Shown here piece by piece: positions 20,497 to 31,001 of a stretch of DNA of 64,000 bases. A program made the position numbers and the translations under genes. Each line of letters begins with the position of its first letter. Position 1 is the stretch's first letter. The notes beneath the pieces are model-generated. The model worked only from the letters and a program-made list of their open reading frames with translations. It made no database searches and was not told the origin of the DNA. Source of the stretch: Bacteroidia bacterium (lineage in GTDB: Bacteria; Bacteroidota; Bacteroidia; AKYH767-A; 2013-40CM-41-45); the NCBI GenBank assembly GCA_046330055.1, contig JAXLTM010000012.1, positions 6,126 through 70,125 of the forward strand. The letters run 5' to 3'.

Positions 20497-21857
20497 ACCT
20501 CCTCCTTTTCAACGTAAGATACACCGGCAATCCAATCAGTATTATCACCAGCCCGTAAATACATGACATGGTTTGATTGATGAGCAGTGTATGCATACCC
20601 ACGCAGCTAAAAGAAGATAGAGTGCCGGAATTACCGGATAGCCGACTGCTTTATAAGGCCTTTCCATCTCAGGTTTCTTTACCTCAATACGAAAGTCCGC
20701 TGATGGTGATGAGGTAAAACAACATCACTGCAAACATGATGTACTTCCCAATAATTTTCCGTACGTGCCGGTGAAGCATAGTAACACCGACCAGATGCAT
20801 TGCATCGTAATTGAATTTGCGACATTATTCTTATTCAGTTTCGCAGCACTTTTCAGAAACATTCCGTCTTTGGCCATTGCATAGTACACTCTGGCTGCTG
20901 TGAAAATTATTCCATTCAAACATCCGAATGTCGAAATCATAATCATCGCAGCTGTTACGAAATACTTTCCTTTTGCTCCGGAGAATAATTCCATCATTGA
21001 AGTAGCTACTCTGCGGTTTTCGGCATTGGCAATTTTGTCCATTCCCAATACTGAGATGTAGGCTACGTTTGCCAGAAAGTAGAGGAGTATGACTGTTCCT
21101 GTTCCAAGTAAAAGTGAAAGCGGTAGATTGTGTTTCGGATTCTCCCATTTCACCGGCAGTGAATGTGATGTTGTTCCAGGCATCAGCCGAGAAGAGCGAC
21201 CCGGTCATGGCGGCACCGAATATCTTTATCGTGGTCAGGTCAATCACCGAAGGAAACGCCGGACTAAAGTGCTGACTGCTGCCTTCGGAGGTAAATCCAT
21301 ACCATATTCCAATGATCACCAAAAACAAAAGCGCAATCTACTTTTGTAATCGTAAAAATGTTCTGAATGAATGCGCCTGATTTTACTTCACGATAATTGT
21401 AAACACTCAGAAAATAATCACAGCTACGGCAAGTATCTGTTGGGTGTTGATGGCGAACAATCCGAAATCGGCTGTAATGTTTGTTTCAGCAATCGATGGA
21501 AAACACTCCGGTAAATTTGCAAAAGCAATTCCTACTGCGGCAATTGTTCCGGTTTGAATGACACTGAAAAGCGTCCAGCCATATAAAATCCTGGAAGTCG
21601 ACCGAAGGCTTCACGGATGTATACATATTGCCCGCCTGCCTTAGGCACTGCTGCCGCCAGCTCGCCATAGCTCAGTGCGGCTAACATGGTTATGACTCCG
21701 TAACTACCCATGCTAATAACAGCATGCCGGGCGTTTGTACCTGTTTGGCAATGTCGGCCGAAACTAAAAAGATACCGGATCCAATCATTGAACCTACAAT
21801 AATCGTGGTCGAGTCCAGCAGATTGAGTTTTTTTGTAATGTGTGGTTCTTGTGCCAT
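20495..21857 (-). pseudogene. APC-family amino acid permease, fragmented by multiple frameshifts
   Basis: N-terminus MAQEPHITKKLNLLDSTTIIVGSMIGSGIFLVSADIAKQ from the ATG at 21857. Further pieces appear in other frames: GVITMLAALSYGELAAAVPKAGGQYVYIREAFGRLPGF, then TM segments, ending in YGLVIILIGLPVYLTLKRRR-stop. The total length of 1363 nt is not a multiple of 3. Confidence 0.75.
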
Positions 21858-21922
21858 GTTCATATGTCGTATTCAAATAAAGAAAATAATCCGAGACTAT
21901 TGGTATTTTCGGGGCATGACTC

Positions 21923-22747
21923 GTGAACAATTATTTTCAACAGATAAAGAAGAAGCGATCTTATCTCTGCGTAGGACTTGACACGGATATTCGTAAAATT
22001 CCCAAACATTTGCTGAAAGAAGAAGATCCGGTCTTTGAATTCAATCGACGGATTATTGAAGCTACTTCCGAATATTGCGTGGCCTATAAGCCTAATCTGG
22101 CCTTCTATGAATCTCTCGGTCCGGCCGGACTGGAATCATTGCGCAAGACGGTTGGGATAATCGGAGAATCTCATTTCACTATCGCCGATGCAAAGCGTGG
22201 TGATATCGGCAATACTTCTGAATTGTACGCCCGTACATTTTTCGATTTCTACAACTTTGACTCTGTCACCGTCGCTCCTTATATGGGCAAAGATTCCGTC
22301 GTGCCTTTTCTTCGCGAAGGAAAGTTTGTAATACTGCTTGCACTTACCAGTAATTCCGGCGCTCTGGATTTTCAGATGACGGAAGTAAATTTACCGGGAA
22401 CTACAAAAGATTTTAAACTCTTTCAGCAAGTCCTCAAGCATGCACGTCAATGGGCAAATGCCGATCAACTGATGTTCGTTGTCGGCGCTACGCATCCTGA
22501 ATTGTTTGCTTTGGTCAGAAGTGAAGCTCCTGATAATTTTTTCCTCGTTCCCGGCGTCGGCGCCCAGGGCGGGGATCTTGCGAAAATTTCAGAAGCAGGA
22601 ATGAATAGTCAATGTGGATTGCTCGTGAATTCTTCCCGTCAGATAATTTATGCTTCCGATGGAGAAGACTTTGCAGATCAGGCACGCAAAGAAGCCGCAT
22701 ATATGCAGAAAGAAATGGAGCAGTTGCTTGATCGTCTAATAAATTAA
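21923..22747 (+). CDS. pyrF: orotidine-5'-phosphate decarboxylase (type 2)
   Basis: KKRSYLCVGLDTD, KPNLAFYE, DAKRGDIGNT. The track start is a GTG. An ATG at 21916 in another frame reads MTREQLF and would join in frame if the T4 run at about 21934-21937 were T3. Confidence 0.9.
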   Translation: MNNYFQQIKKKRSYLCVGLDTDIRKIPKHLLKEEDPVFEFNRRIIEATSEYCVAYKPNLAFYESLGPAGLESLRKTVGIIGESHFTIADAKRGDIGNTSELYARTFFDFYNFDSVTVAPYMGKDSVVPFLREGKFVILLALTSNSGALDFQMTEVNLPGTTKDFKLFQQVLKHARQWANADQLMFVVGATHPELFALVRSEAPDNFFLVPGVGAQGGDLAKISEAGMNSQCGLLVNSSRQIIYASDGEDFADQARKEAAYMQKEMEQLLDRLIN

Positions 22748-22860
22748 ACAGCATCGCTTTTTTCGTCACGTACTTTTACGGAAACTGAATGGTGAAGGAA
22801 TTTCAGCCGATGAATTCGTCCGGCGAAATCTCTTTCAGTCATTCTTTAAACGTAATATTC

Positions 22861-24138
22861 ATGACTGAGTCATTTCTGCATTTCATCTGGAAACATCGTC
22901 TTTTTAATACCCACAATCTTACTACAGATGATGGACAACGGGTCGAAATTCTTGCACCGGGAATTCACAATCAGGGTTCAGGCCCCGACTTTTTCAATGC
23001 ACGTTTGCTGATCGGTGAAACGCAATGGGCGGGAAATGTGGAAATCCATATTCAATCGTCAGACTGGAATCGCCATAATCACCACTTCGATCAATCCTAC
23101 GATACATGTATTCTCCATGTTGTTCTCGAAAACGATGGCGTCACCAGACGAACCGATGGTAGTCGTATGCCGACGATAGAACTCAAAAACCGTTATCCCG
23201 ATTATCTCTGGAAAAATTTCATTCAACTCATCGGAACGCAGCAATGGGTGGCCTGTCAGGACAAAATCGCCGAAGCAGGAGAGGAGCTATGGAATTCGAC
23301 GCTTGATAAAATGCTCATTGAAAGATTGCAGCAGAAGTCGGCATTTATTCTTGTTTCTCTGCAGGGTTTGAATTTCGATTGGGAAGAGTGTTTCTATCAA
23401 TATCTGGCTCACAATTTCGGATTTCAGGTAAACAGCATGCCATTCGAACTGGTGGCAAGATCCCTGCCGCTGAAACTCATTCACCAATTTCGGAGCAACA
23501 GGCATGCGCTTGAATCATTGTTATACGGACAGTCAGGTTTGCTCTCGTGCGAATTCAAGGAAGAATTCCCTTTGTCATTGCAATCTTCCTATCTTAAATT
23601 TCAAAGCGAGTACAAGTTGATTCCGGTGAATCCGTCGGCCTGGAAATTAATGCGTATGCGACCTGTTAATTTTCCTACCATTCGTCTCTCACAATTTGCC
23701 GCAATTCTGGAAAACAATGCTGATCTGTTTCAGAATATATGTGAGTCAAAAAACCTGAAACAAACCCGCGAACTTTTTAACGTAACAGCCGGTGAGTATT
23801 GGAATAATCATTACCTCTTTGAAAAGAATACGCGCTATTCCGTGAAGCGGCTCGGGGCAGGGTCGATTGATAATTTGCTCATCAATACCGTTGCTCCGTT
23901 TCTCTTTACAAGAGCACTCTATGAACGCTCCGATGAATTGAGGGATTTTGCCATTGGCATGTTGAATAATATTTCACCGGAAGACAATCTGATCATCAGA
24001 AATTGGAAATCTTGCGGTATTAAAGCCGGATCCGCCGGCAGGACTCAGGCATTAATCCAACTGAAGCAATTGCATTGCGCAGAGAAAAAATGCTTATCTT
24101 GCAGTATCGGAACACGATTGATCAATTCACTGTCATGA
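22861..24138 (+). CDS. DUF2851-family protein
   Basis: MTESFLHFIWKHRLF...GPDFFNARLLIGETQWAGNVEIHIQSSDWNRHNHH and a C-terminal CxxKKCLSC motif. I placed the start at the ATG at 22861. Confidence 0.7.
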   Translation: MTESFLHFIWKHRLFNTHNLTTDDGQRVEILAPGIHNQGSGPDFFNARLLIGETQWAGNVEIHIQSSDWNRHNHHFDQSYDTCILHVVLENDGVTRRTDGSRMPTIELKNRYPDYLWKNFIQLIGTQQWVACQDKIAEAGEELWNSTLDKMLIERLQQKSAFILVSLQGLNFDWEECFYQYLAHNFGFQVNSMPFELVARSLPLKLIHQFRSNRHALESLLYGQSGLLSCEFKEEFPLSLQSSYLKFQSEYKLIPVNPSAWKLMRMRPVNFPTIRLSQFAAILENNADLFQNICESKNLKQTRELFNVTAGEYWNNHYLFEKNTRYSVKRLGAGSIDNLLINTVAPFLFTRALYERSDELRDFAIGMLNNISPEDNLIIRNWKSCGIKAGSAGRTQALIQLKQLHCAEKKCLSCSIGTRLINSLS

Positions 24139-24362
24139 AAAAAATGGAAGTCACACGTACTTTCTTTGAAAAACAGGCATTCGGCGTTTGTACCTGGCTG
24201 GGTGAAAAACTGGATATGAAGTCATCCGTCATCCGCCTTTTCTTCATTTATGCCTCCTGCCTTACGATAGGTTCGCCACTGATCATCTACATGACAATTG
24301 CCTTCTGGCTGAAGATGAAAAACTATGTCAGAGATCGACGTACCTCTGTCTGGGATTTGTAA
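24135..24362 (+). CDS. PspC-domain small membrane protein
   Basis: MKKMEVTRTFFEKQAFGVCTWLGEKLDMKSSVIRLFFIY plus one TM helix. ATGA overlap with the upstream stop. Confidence 0.6.
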   Translation: MKKMEVTRTFFEKQAFGVCTWLGEKLDMKSSVIRLFFIYASCLTIGSPLIIYMTIAFWLKMKNYVRDRRTSVWDL

Positions 24363-24472
24363 GAATTTCTTTTCCTTTAATTTTTAATTCTTTTCACTGA
24401 GTCATTTCATTCAGTGTTTTTTACGATTTTTACTATTGAAGAAATTGAATGGAAGATTCTTCGCCTAAGCCG

Positions 24473-26623
24473 ATGACGAAATTCAGATTACGTTTTTTAA
24501 TTGCTTCTGTTTTCTGTTTTTATTTTACTTCTTTATCTGCACAACAATGGCAATCGTTAGGACCATTTAAACCGGGTATTCCCAATGGAACTGATAAAGG
24601 AATTTCACGGGCATCAGGCATCGGAAGAGTTTCATGCATTCGACCCGATACAAATGATAGTCTTTTGTTATTCTGCGGTTCTCCTTACGGGGCTTTGTAC
24701 AAATCTGCCGATGGCGGAAAGAGTTGGACAACCTTTGCTCACTTACAAGGAGTTTCTGATTACGTAGTTTCACCAAAAAATAAGAAAGTTCAGTTCATCG
24801 TCACCGGTGATCCTGACTGCATTTTGAATCCGAATGAACCTGCTCTGGGTTCTGAATCGTGTCAGTCGCGCGGTATCCTGAAAAGCATAGACGGCGGAAA
24901 AACATGGACGACCAAACCGATCGGCCTGTGGCACGATTCGTCAGGATTCGTGATCAAAGATTTTTGGAAATTCCCGACTAATAAGGTGATCAGAAAACTT
25001 GTGATTAGTCCGGCATCAGGACAAATGTTCGCAGTTCTCCATACCTACAACTATGCAACAAAATCTTTCGATGGATATGTTTTTGAAAGCAGAGATGAAG
25101 GCAAAAACTGGTTCGTCTCTTTATACTCTCCGGATGGTTTTCTCAAAGGGATTGCTTTACATTCCAAAAAACCAAAAACCATTTTTGCTGCCGGAAGGTT
25201 CATTTATCAATCTGTAAACTCCGGGAGAACATGGACAAAACTAAACAATGATTCCTTTCCTGCCGATTCGCTCCTTAAGCGCATCGAAATTGCAATCGCG
25301 CCTTCGGATCCGGATCGCATCTATGCACTGTTTGTTTCTCCGTCATTGAAGAAGAATGTGATTTACATGTCGTCCGATGGAGGAAAAATATTTTCAAAGA
25401 TCGGTGCCTATGCTTCTTCACCGGAGTGGAGAACAAGCCTAGCAGTAAATCCGCATGATAAAAGCGAAATTTGTTTTACGACTTCGAATACGATTGCCTA
25501 TGTGAAGGTTGTACAAAGTCGTCCGAACCTTGTTTACCTGAATTCTGCAATTCATGACGATGTACATGAAATCGTTTTTCAGAAATCAGGTCATAAAGTC
25601 TTTGTCGGAACTGATGGCGGGCTGTATAGCGCCAATGCAGGAAGCAATGTATGGGATTATATCAGCAACGGACAAAATATTGCTGAGTGCTGGGGTGTGT
25701 CAGTTTCAAAGAATGACTCGTCGGGAATTCTTGTAGGACTGCAGGATTGCGGAACAATTCTCTACAAGTCTGATTCAACATTGAACAGCCGGTGGATGCA
25801 AGTCAGAGGTGGTGATGGAATGAAACCGGCATTTGATTTTTTCAATAGTGAAATTGCCTATAGCGTAGACGGAAATAATAATCTGACAACCCGCTCTGAC
25901 AATGGTGGAGTAAATTTCTCAAAGAACATTCGTGTGCCAGGTGCACCTGCAGGTCAGTACCTGAGAAAAATTGCCTGTCACCCGTTACAGCCAAATGCAG
26001 TCTACACTGCTTACAAGGCCTTGTATAAAAGTAACGATAAGGGCGATCACTGGACAATGATTTCGCCTGACTCATTAAGTGAGGGATTTATTTCTGATTT
26101 TGCCGTAGCGCCTTCTGATTCTTCCTGCATTTATCTGGCCTATGGAAATCCCTGCTGGTCAGATGTTATTGGCAGGAAGTTGTTCTTTTCAGGCAATGGT
26201 GGAGTTACATGGACAGATGTTACTGCCGGTCTCACCGGTGTGAAATACTGTGCCATCACCTCAATTACCGTTGATCCGTTCAATCCATATCACGTTGCAG
26301 TGGGTTTCAGAGGAGGATGGGAATTCAGAGTTATGACTTCTGAAGCGGCAGGTATTAACGGTTCGTGGGTTGATAATTCAATTGGCTTACCTGGAGATTG
26401 TGACGTTTATTCTCTCATTTTTGACAAATCAAATCCGCAACGATTGTATGCCGGTACGCTGAAAGGAGTTTGGGAACTGGACTTCTCTTCATCGAAGTGG
26501 CAAAGGACAGGTGAAAATCTGCCCGACGTCATGGTGTCAGATCTGGATATTTCCTATGATCGCAGAGAATTGTACGCTGCAACACATGGCTACGGATTGT
26601 GGAAACTGAAACTACGTGATTAA
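24473..26623 (+). CDS. BNR/Asp-box repeat (sortilin/VPS10-like beta-propeller) secreted protein
   Basis: Signal peptide MTKFRLRFLIASVFCFYFTSLSAQQ. Repeated SxDxGxTW boxes: SADGGKSWT, SIDGGKTWT, SRDEGKNWF, SVNSGRTWT, SNDKGDHWT, SGNGGVTWT. An alternative upstream ATG lies at 24449. Confidence 0.65.
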   Translation: MTKFRLRFLIASVFCFYFTSLSAQQWQSLGPFKPGIPNGTDKGISRASGIGRVSCIRPDTNDSLLLFCGSPYGALYKSADGGKSWTTFAHLQGVSDYVVSPKNKKVQFIVTGDPDCILNPNEPALGSESCQSRGILKSIDGGKTWTTKPIGLWHDSSGFVIKDFWKFPTNKVIRKLVISPASGQMFAVLHTYNYATKSFDGYVFESRDEGKNWFVSLYSPDGFLKGIALHSKKPKTIFAAGRFIYQSVNSGRTWTKLNNDSFPADSLLKRIEIAIAPSDPDRIYALFVSPSLKKNVIYMSSDGGKIFSKIGAYASSPEWRTSLAVNPHDKSEICFTTSNTIAYVKVVQSRPNLVYLNSAIHDDVHEIVFQKSGHKVFVGTDGGLYSANAGSNVWDYISNGQNIAECWGVSVSKNDSSGILVGLQDCGTILYKSDSTLNSRWMQVRGGDGMKPAFDFFNSEIAYSVDGNNNLTTRSDNGGVNFSKNIRVPGAPAGQYLRKIACHPLQPNAVYTAYKALYKSNDKGDHWTMISPDSLSEGFISDFAVAPSDSSCIYLAYGNPCWSDVIGRKLFFSGNGGVTWTDVTAGLTGVKYCAITSITVDPFNPYHVAVGFRGGWEFRVMTSEAAGINGSWVDNSIGLPGDCDVYSLIFDKSNPQRLYAGTLKGVWELDFSSSKWQRTGENLPDVMVSDLDISYDRRELYAATHGYGLWKLKLRD

Positions 26624-26629
26624 GCTCTT

Positions 26630-27655
26630 ATGTCGATTTCAACCTTCAATCTGAATATCCGTTACTTCAAAAAACTCTACATCGCCATTGCTCTGGTGCT
26701 GGCAGTGATGATCGTCGGTATTCTGGGTTATGTTTTTATTGAAGGTTACTCTTTTCTTGATTCGGTTTTTATGACGGTAATTACCGTTGCAACCGTCGGC
26801 TACAGAGAAGTGCGTGAGCTTGACCCTGCCGGGAAGGTCTTTACTTCATTTCTCATCATTACCAGTATCGGAACGTTTGCTTATGCAATCTCTGTTATTA
26901 CACGATATGTTATCGAAGGAGAATTTCAAACATACTTTAAACATTACCAGGTGAACAAGGAAATTCAAAAACTCAGCGGCCATGTCATTGTATGTGGTTA
27001 CGGACGAAACGGCAAGCAGGCGTGTGAGCAATTGCGTTCGGGCAATGAAAAATTTGTCGTCATCGAATCGAATCCGAAAGCCATTGAATTAATGTCTCAG
27101 GAAGAAGGCTTGCTGTTTATCGACGGCGATGCCACGCAGGATGATGTTCTGGCCGAAGCCGGACTTGAAAGAGCGAAAGCATTGATTTCTGCTCTGCCAA
27201 GTGATGCAGCGAATGTCTTCGTTGTGCTGACAGCGCGCGATAAAAATCCGAGACTGAAAATTATCAGCCGCGCTTCAGAAGATGCCTCTGAACATAAGCT
27301 GAAAAGGGCAGGAGCCGATAATGTAATCATGCCTGATAAAATCGGTGGCACTCATATGGCAGCTCTTGTTACAAAACCTGATGTACTCGAGTTCATTGAT
27401 CACATCACCGGAAGAATAAATATTCGTTTGGAAGAAATTCTATTCAGCAGCCTGCCGGAGAGTATGAGAAACAAATCCATTCGCGAATTAGAGATCAGAA
27501 ATAAAACCGGTGCCAATATCATCGGTTTCAAAACTACCGACGGAGATTATGTAATCAATCCGCCGCCTGATACAGTGATGTTGCCCGATGCTAAACTTTT
27601 CGTTCTCGGAACACAGGAACAAGTTGCCAAATTCAAGGATATCCTCATTCGATGA
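26630..27655 (+). CDS. two-TM potassium-channel-like protein with RCK (TrkA-N/TrkA-C) domains
   Basis: Pore region TVATVGYRE, a Rossmann motif VIVCGYGRNGKQ and a C-terminal TrkA-C-like segment. Confidence 0.8.
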   Translation: MSISTFNLNIRYFKKLYIAIALVLAVMIVGILGYVFIEGYSFLDSVFMTVITVATVGYREVRELDPAGKVFTSFLIITSIGTFAYAISVITRYVIEGEFQTYFKHYQVNKEIQKLSGHVIVCGYGRNGKQACEQLRSGNEKFVVIESNPKAIELMSQEEGLLFIDGDATQDDVLAEAGLERAKALISALPSDAANVFVVLTARDKNPRLKIISRASEDASEHKLKRAGADNVIMPDKIGGTHMAALVTKPDVLEFIDHITGRINIRLEEILFSSLPESMRNKSIRELEIRNKTGANIIGFKTTDGDYVINPPPDTVMLPDAKLFVLGTQEQVAKFKDILIR

Positions 27656-28563
27656 AAACCATTCTCGTAACGGGCAGCAATGGCTTGCTTGGACAGAAAA
27701 TTATTTATGCGCTGCGAAATCGTTCTGATGTGAAGTGTATCTCTACGTCAAAGGGAGCAAACAGAATGAAAGAACGCTCCGGATACATTTATGAGTCGCT
27801 CGATATTACTGATCGAACACAGGTATTGGAAGTCATCGGCAAGCATAAACCGGATGCTGTCATCAATACTGCTGCAATGACCAATGTGGATGCCTGCGAA
27901 AATAACAGAGAAGAGGCATGGGCGATGAATGTGACAGCTATTGAATATTTAATTGAAGCATGTAAGACATATCATTCGCAGTTGATTCACCTCTCTACCG
28001 ATTTTGTTTTCGACGGACTGAATGGTCCATATGTGGAAACCGATGAGCCTAATCCTGTCAGTTTTTACGGACACACAAAATATGAAGCAGAACGTCTGGT
28101 TCAGGCATCCGGAATTAAATGGGCGATATTAAGAACGATCATTATCTATGGAGTAGTAGATGATAATTCAAGATCGAATGTGGTTCTGTGGGCAATCAAT
28201 TCAATCCGTCAGAAAAAAACGATTACGGTAATCAATGATCAGTTTCGCTCTCCGACACTTGCAGAGGATCTGGCTGATGCCTGCATTTCAGCGGCAATGA
28301 AAGGCGCAAGCGGAATCTACCATGTATCAGGTACAGAAGTGATGAATATTCTCGATATCGTAAAAATCGTCGCCGATTATTTCGATCTCGATACTTCCTA
28401 CATTCAGCCGATTTCTTCGGCAAGTTTAAATCAGCCGGCAAAGCGCCCACCGGTGACGGGTTTCATCGTCGAAAAAGCAATGCGTGAATTGGATTTTCGT
28501 CCGCATACTTTTTTAGAAGGTCTCGCTCAAATAAAGAACCAGCTTATATTGGTTGGCAGCTAA
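27652..28563 (+). CDS. dTDP-4-dehydrorhamnose reductase-like SDR (RmlD family)
   Basis: ILVTGSNGLLGQ, AAMTNVDACE, STDFVFDG, YGHTKYEAE. ATGA overlap with the channel gene. Confidence 0.7.
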   Translation: MKTILVTGSNGLLGQKIIYALRNRSDVKCISTSKGANRMKERSGYIYESLDITDRTQVLEVIGKHKPDAVINTAAMTNVDACENNREEAWAMNVTAIEYLIEACKTYHSQLIHLSTDFVFDGLNGPYVETDEPNPVSFYGHTKYEAERLVQASGIKWAILRTIIIYGVVDDNSRSNVVLWAINSIRQKKTITVINDQFRSPTLAEDLADACISAAMKGASGIYHVSGTEVMNILDIVKIVADYFDLDTSYIQPISSASLNQPAKRPPVTGFIVEKAMRELDFRPHTFLEGLAQIKNQLILVGS

Positions 28564-28589
28564 GTCTGACTTTCTTTCCTTCGCATTGA

Positions 28590-29477
28590 ATGAAGAAGAG
28601 AAGGAAAAGAAAATTAAACACGGCCTTTCATCAGTACTTTGATTTTTCCTATCGCGAAAAGAAAGGTCTGCTCATACTTGCTTTCATTTTACTACTTCAG
28701 ATTATTCTTCTTTGTTTTATTCGTTCTTATCACCGCAAGGTGCCGCTGCCTTCTGCTGAATTAATTCTAGCTTTTGAAAAAGAATGTCTGAAAAGCGCAT
28801 CGGAGAAGGTAAAGCCATCTTTCTTTAAAAAAGATTCACTCTTCAATTTTGATCCGAATGTATTGAATGCTGATCAATGGGAAAGTTTAGGATTGAGTGC
28901 CGGGCAATCAGCTTCCGTAGTTCATTATGTACAGAAGGGCGGAAAGTTCAGAACGAAAAAAGATATCTGTAAGATTTTTGGAATTCAGCCTTCGCTAGCG
29001 GAACGATTAATGCCATTTGTTCTTTTGCCTGATTCACTTCCTTCATCCATTCAAATCAAGCATGATAAATATAAAAGAGAAGCCGGAATCAATCTGAACA
29101 CAGCCGATTCCATACAGCTTGACCGACTACCGGGAATTGGTCCGGTGCTGGCTTCGCGGATCGTCCGATACCGAGATCGCCTCGGCGGTTTCTTTTCAGT
29201 TGAACAATTAAGAGAGGTTTATGGAATATCTGATTCTTTGTTTTTAAACATCTCCGGACGGATCGAGGTAGGCGATTTCAAGGTGCGCAAAATCAAACTC
29301 AATTCCGATTCGCTTGCCATTCTTAAATCTCATCCTTACATCGGGTACAAGCTTGCACAGTTGGTCGACAAATACCGCCTTCAGCATCCCTTTAAATCTG
29401 TCGATGAGTTGCACTCTCTTCCTTTGCTAACTGACGAAAACTTCCGTAAACTTGCGCCCTATTTAACAGTAGAGTAA
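28590..29477 (+). CDS. ComEA-like helix-hairpin-helix DNA-binding membrane protein
   Basis: N-terminal TM helix; HhH motifs [40 protein letters not shown]. Confidence 0.65.
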   Translation: MKKRRKRKLNTAFHQYFDFSYREKKGLLILAFILLLQIILLCFIRSYHRKVPLPSAELILAFEKECLKSASEKVKPSFFKKDSLFNFDPNVLNADQWESLGLSAGQSASVVHYVQKGGKFRTKKDICKIFGIQPSLAERLMPFVLLPDSLPSSIQIKHDKYKREAGINLNTADSIQLDRLPGIGPVLASRIVRYRDRLGGFFSVEQLREVYGISDSLFLNISGRIEVGDFKVRKIKLNSDSLAILKSHPYIGYKLAQLVDKYRLQHPFKSVDELHSLPLLTDENFRKLAPYLTVE

Positions 29478-29478
29478 T

Positions 29479-30618
29479 ATGGAGTTTGCGACCAATGATA
29501 GTCAGGCGATGATCGCCGATACAGTCCGGAAATTTGCCGAAACACACATCCGCCCGAAAATGATGGTGTGGGATGAAGAGCAGATTTTTCCGATAGACCT
29601 CTTCAAAAAGATGGGGGAGCAGGGACTTATGGGAATTCTGGTGCCTGAAAAATACACTGGCTCAGGATTATCCTACTTTGAATACGTCACTGCCATCATT
29701 GAAGTAGCGCGCGTTTGCGGCTCCATCGGCCTCTCTATGGCTGCTCATAACTCTCTGTGTACAGGACATATTCTGACTTTCGGAAATGAAGAGCAGAAAA
29801 TGAAGTATTTACCTAAGCTGGCCACAGGTGAATTTATCGGTGCCTGGGGACTAACGGAGGCAAATACCGGAAGTGATGCTATGCGCATGCGTTGCGTGGC
29901 TCGTCAGGATGGCGATCATTGGGTCATCAATGGTACTAAAAACTGGATCACTCATGGTAGAAGCGGTGATGTTGCAGTAGTGCTCGCAAGAACCGGTGAC
30001 CTGCTTGATTCCAATGGAATAACCTCCTTCATCGTAGAAAAAGGTACACCCGGTTTCAGAGCTGGAAAAAAGGAAAATAAGCTTGGCATGAGAGCTTCGG
30101 AAACGGCAGAACTCATTTTTGAAGATTGCCGCGTTCATAAAAGCCAGATCATGGGAAATATAGGCGACGGATTTAAACAAGCTATGAAAGTGCTTGACGG
30201 TGGCCGTATTTCAATTGCAGCCCTTTCCCTCGGAATTGCTCATGGCGCCTACGATGCAGCGAAAAAGTATTCAAAAGAAAGAGAACAATTTGGAAAGCCA
30301 ATCGCTGAATTTCAGGCAATTGCGTTCAAATTGGCCGATATGGCCACTAAAATCGAAGCTGCCGAATTGCTGACACTTAAAGCGGCTGATCTTAAGAACA
30401 GAGGCGAAAAATGTACAAAAGAGTCAGCTTTTGCCAAATATTACGCCTCTGAGGTTGCTGTTCAGGTCTCTACCGATGCCGTGCAGATTTTCGGCGGGTA
30501 TGGCTATACAAAAGACTTCCCGGTTGAGAAATTTTACCGCGATTCCAAATTGTGTACAATCGGCGAGGGGACAAGCGAAATCCAAAAACTCGTCATCTCA
30601 AGGGAAATCTTAAAATAA
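29479..30618 (+). CDS. acyl-CoA dehydrogenase
   Basis: [53 protein letters not shown]. Confidence 0.9.
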   Translation: MEFATNDSQAMIADTVRKFAETHIRPKMMVWDEEQIFPIDLFKKMGEQGLMGILVPEKYTGSGLSYFEYVTAIIEVARVCGSIGLSMAAHNSLCTGHILTFGNEEQKMKYLPKLATGEFIGAWGLTEANTGSDAMRMRCVARQDGDHWVINGTKNWITHGRSGDVAVVLARTGDLLDSNGITSFIVEKGTPGFRAGKKENKLGMRASETAELIFEDCRVHKSQIMGNIGDGFKQAMKVLDGGRISIAALSLGIAHGAYDAAKKYSKEREQFGKPIAEFQAIAFKLADMATKIEAAELLTLKAADLKNRGEKCTKESAFAKYYASEVAVQVSTDAVQIFGGYGYTKDFPVEKFYRDSKLCTIGEGTSEIQKLVISREILK

Positions 30619-30649
30619 TTTGTAATTCAGGGAGAAAAATCTATTTTTG
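30619..30649 (+). promoter_or_regulatory. Bacteroidota sigma-A type promoter of rpsU (TTTG-N19-TAttTTTG)
   Basis: TTTG at 30619-30622, a 19-nt spacer, TATTTTTG at 30642-30649, followed by CAGTCCCAAAA. This matches the published Bacteroides -33/-7 consensus. Confidence 0.6.
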
Positions 30650-30675
30650 CAGTCCCAAAACAGAAAAGTTAAAAA

Positions 30676-30870
30676 ATGATCATTGTTCCGATTAAAGAAA
30701 ACGAATCAATCGACAAAGCGCTGAAGAAATTCAAAAAGAAATTCGAGCGCACCGGTGTTGTACGTGAACTCCGTCGCCGTCAGACTTTTGAAAAGCCGTC
30801 TGTAGAGCGTCGTCAGGAAATCATCCATGCCAAATACGTGGATGCCCTGAAACGTAATAACACGCTTTGA
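30676..30870 (+). CDS. rpsU: 30S ribosomal protein S21
   Basis: MIIVPIKENESIDKALKKFKKKFERTGVVRELRRRQTFEKPS; 64 aa. Confidence 0.93.
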   Translation: MIIVPIKENESIDKALKKFKKKFERTGVVRELRRRQTFEKPSVERRQEIIHAKYVDALKRNNTL

Positions 30871-30957
30871 TCTGATTGATCTTCAGAAATAATTTTGTTA
30901 CTTTTACTGTGCACGAAACCTTTCGGTGGATTGACAGTTAGAAGAACATAAACTAAA

Positions 30958-30995
30958 GGAGAAATGAATGCTTCAACATTCGTTTCTCCTTTTTT
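30958..30995 (+). terminator. rho-independent terminator/attenuator between rpsU and xerC
   Basis: 13-bp stem ggagaaatgaatg / cattcgtttctcc (one G-U pair), a 6-nt loop and then T6, ending 6 nt before the xerC ATG. Confidence 0.65.
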
Positions 30996-31001
30996 AGCAA
31001 T

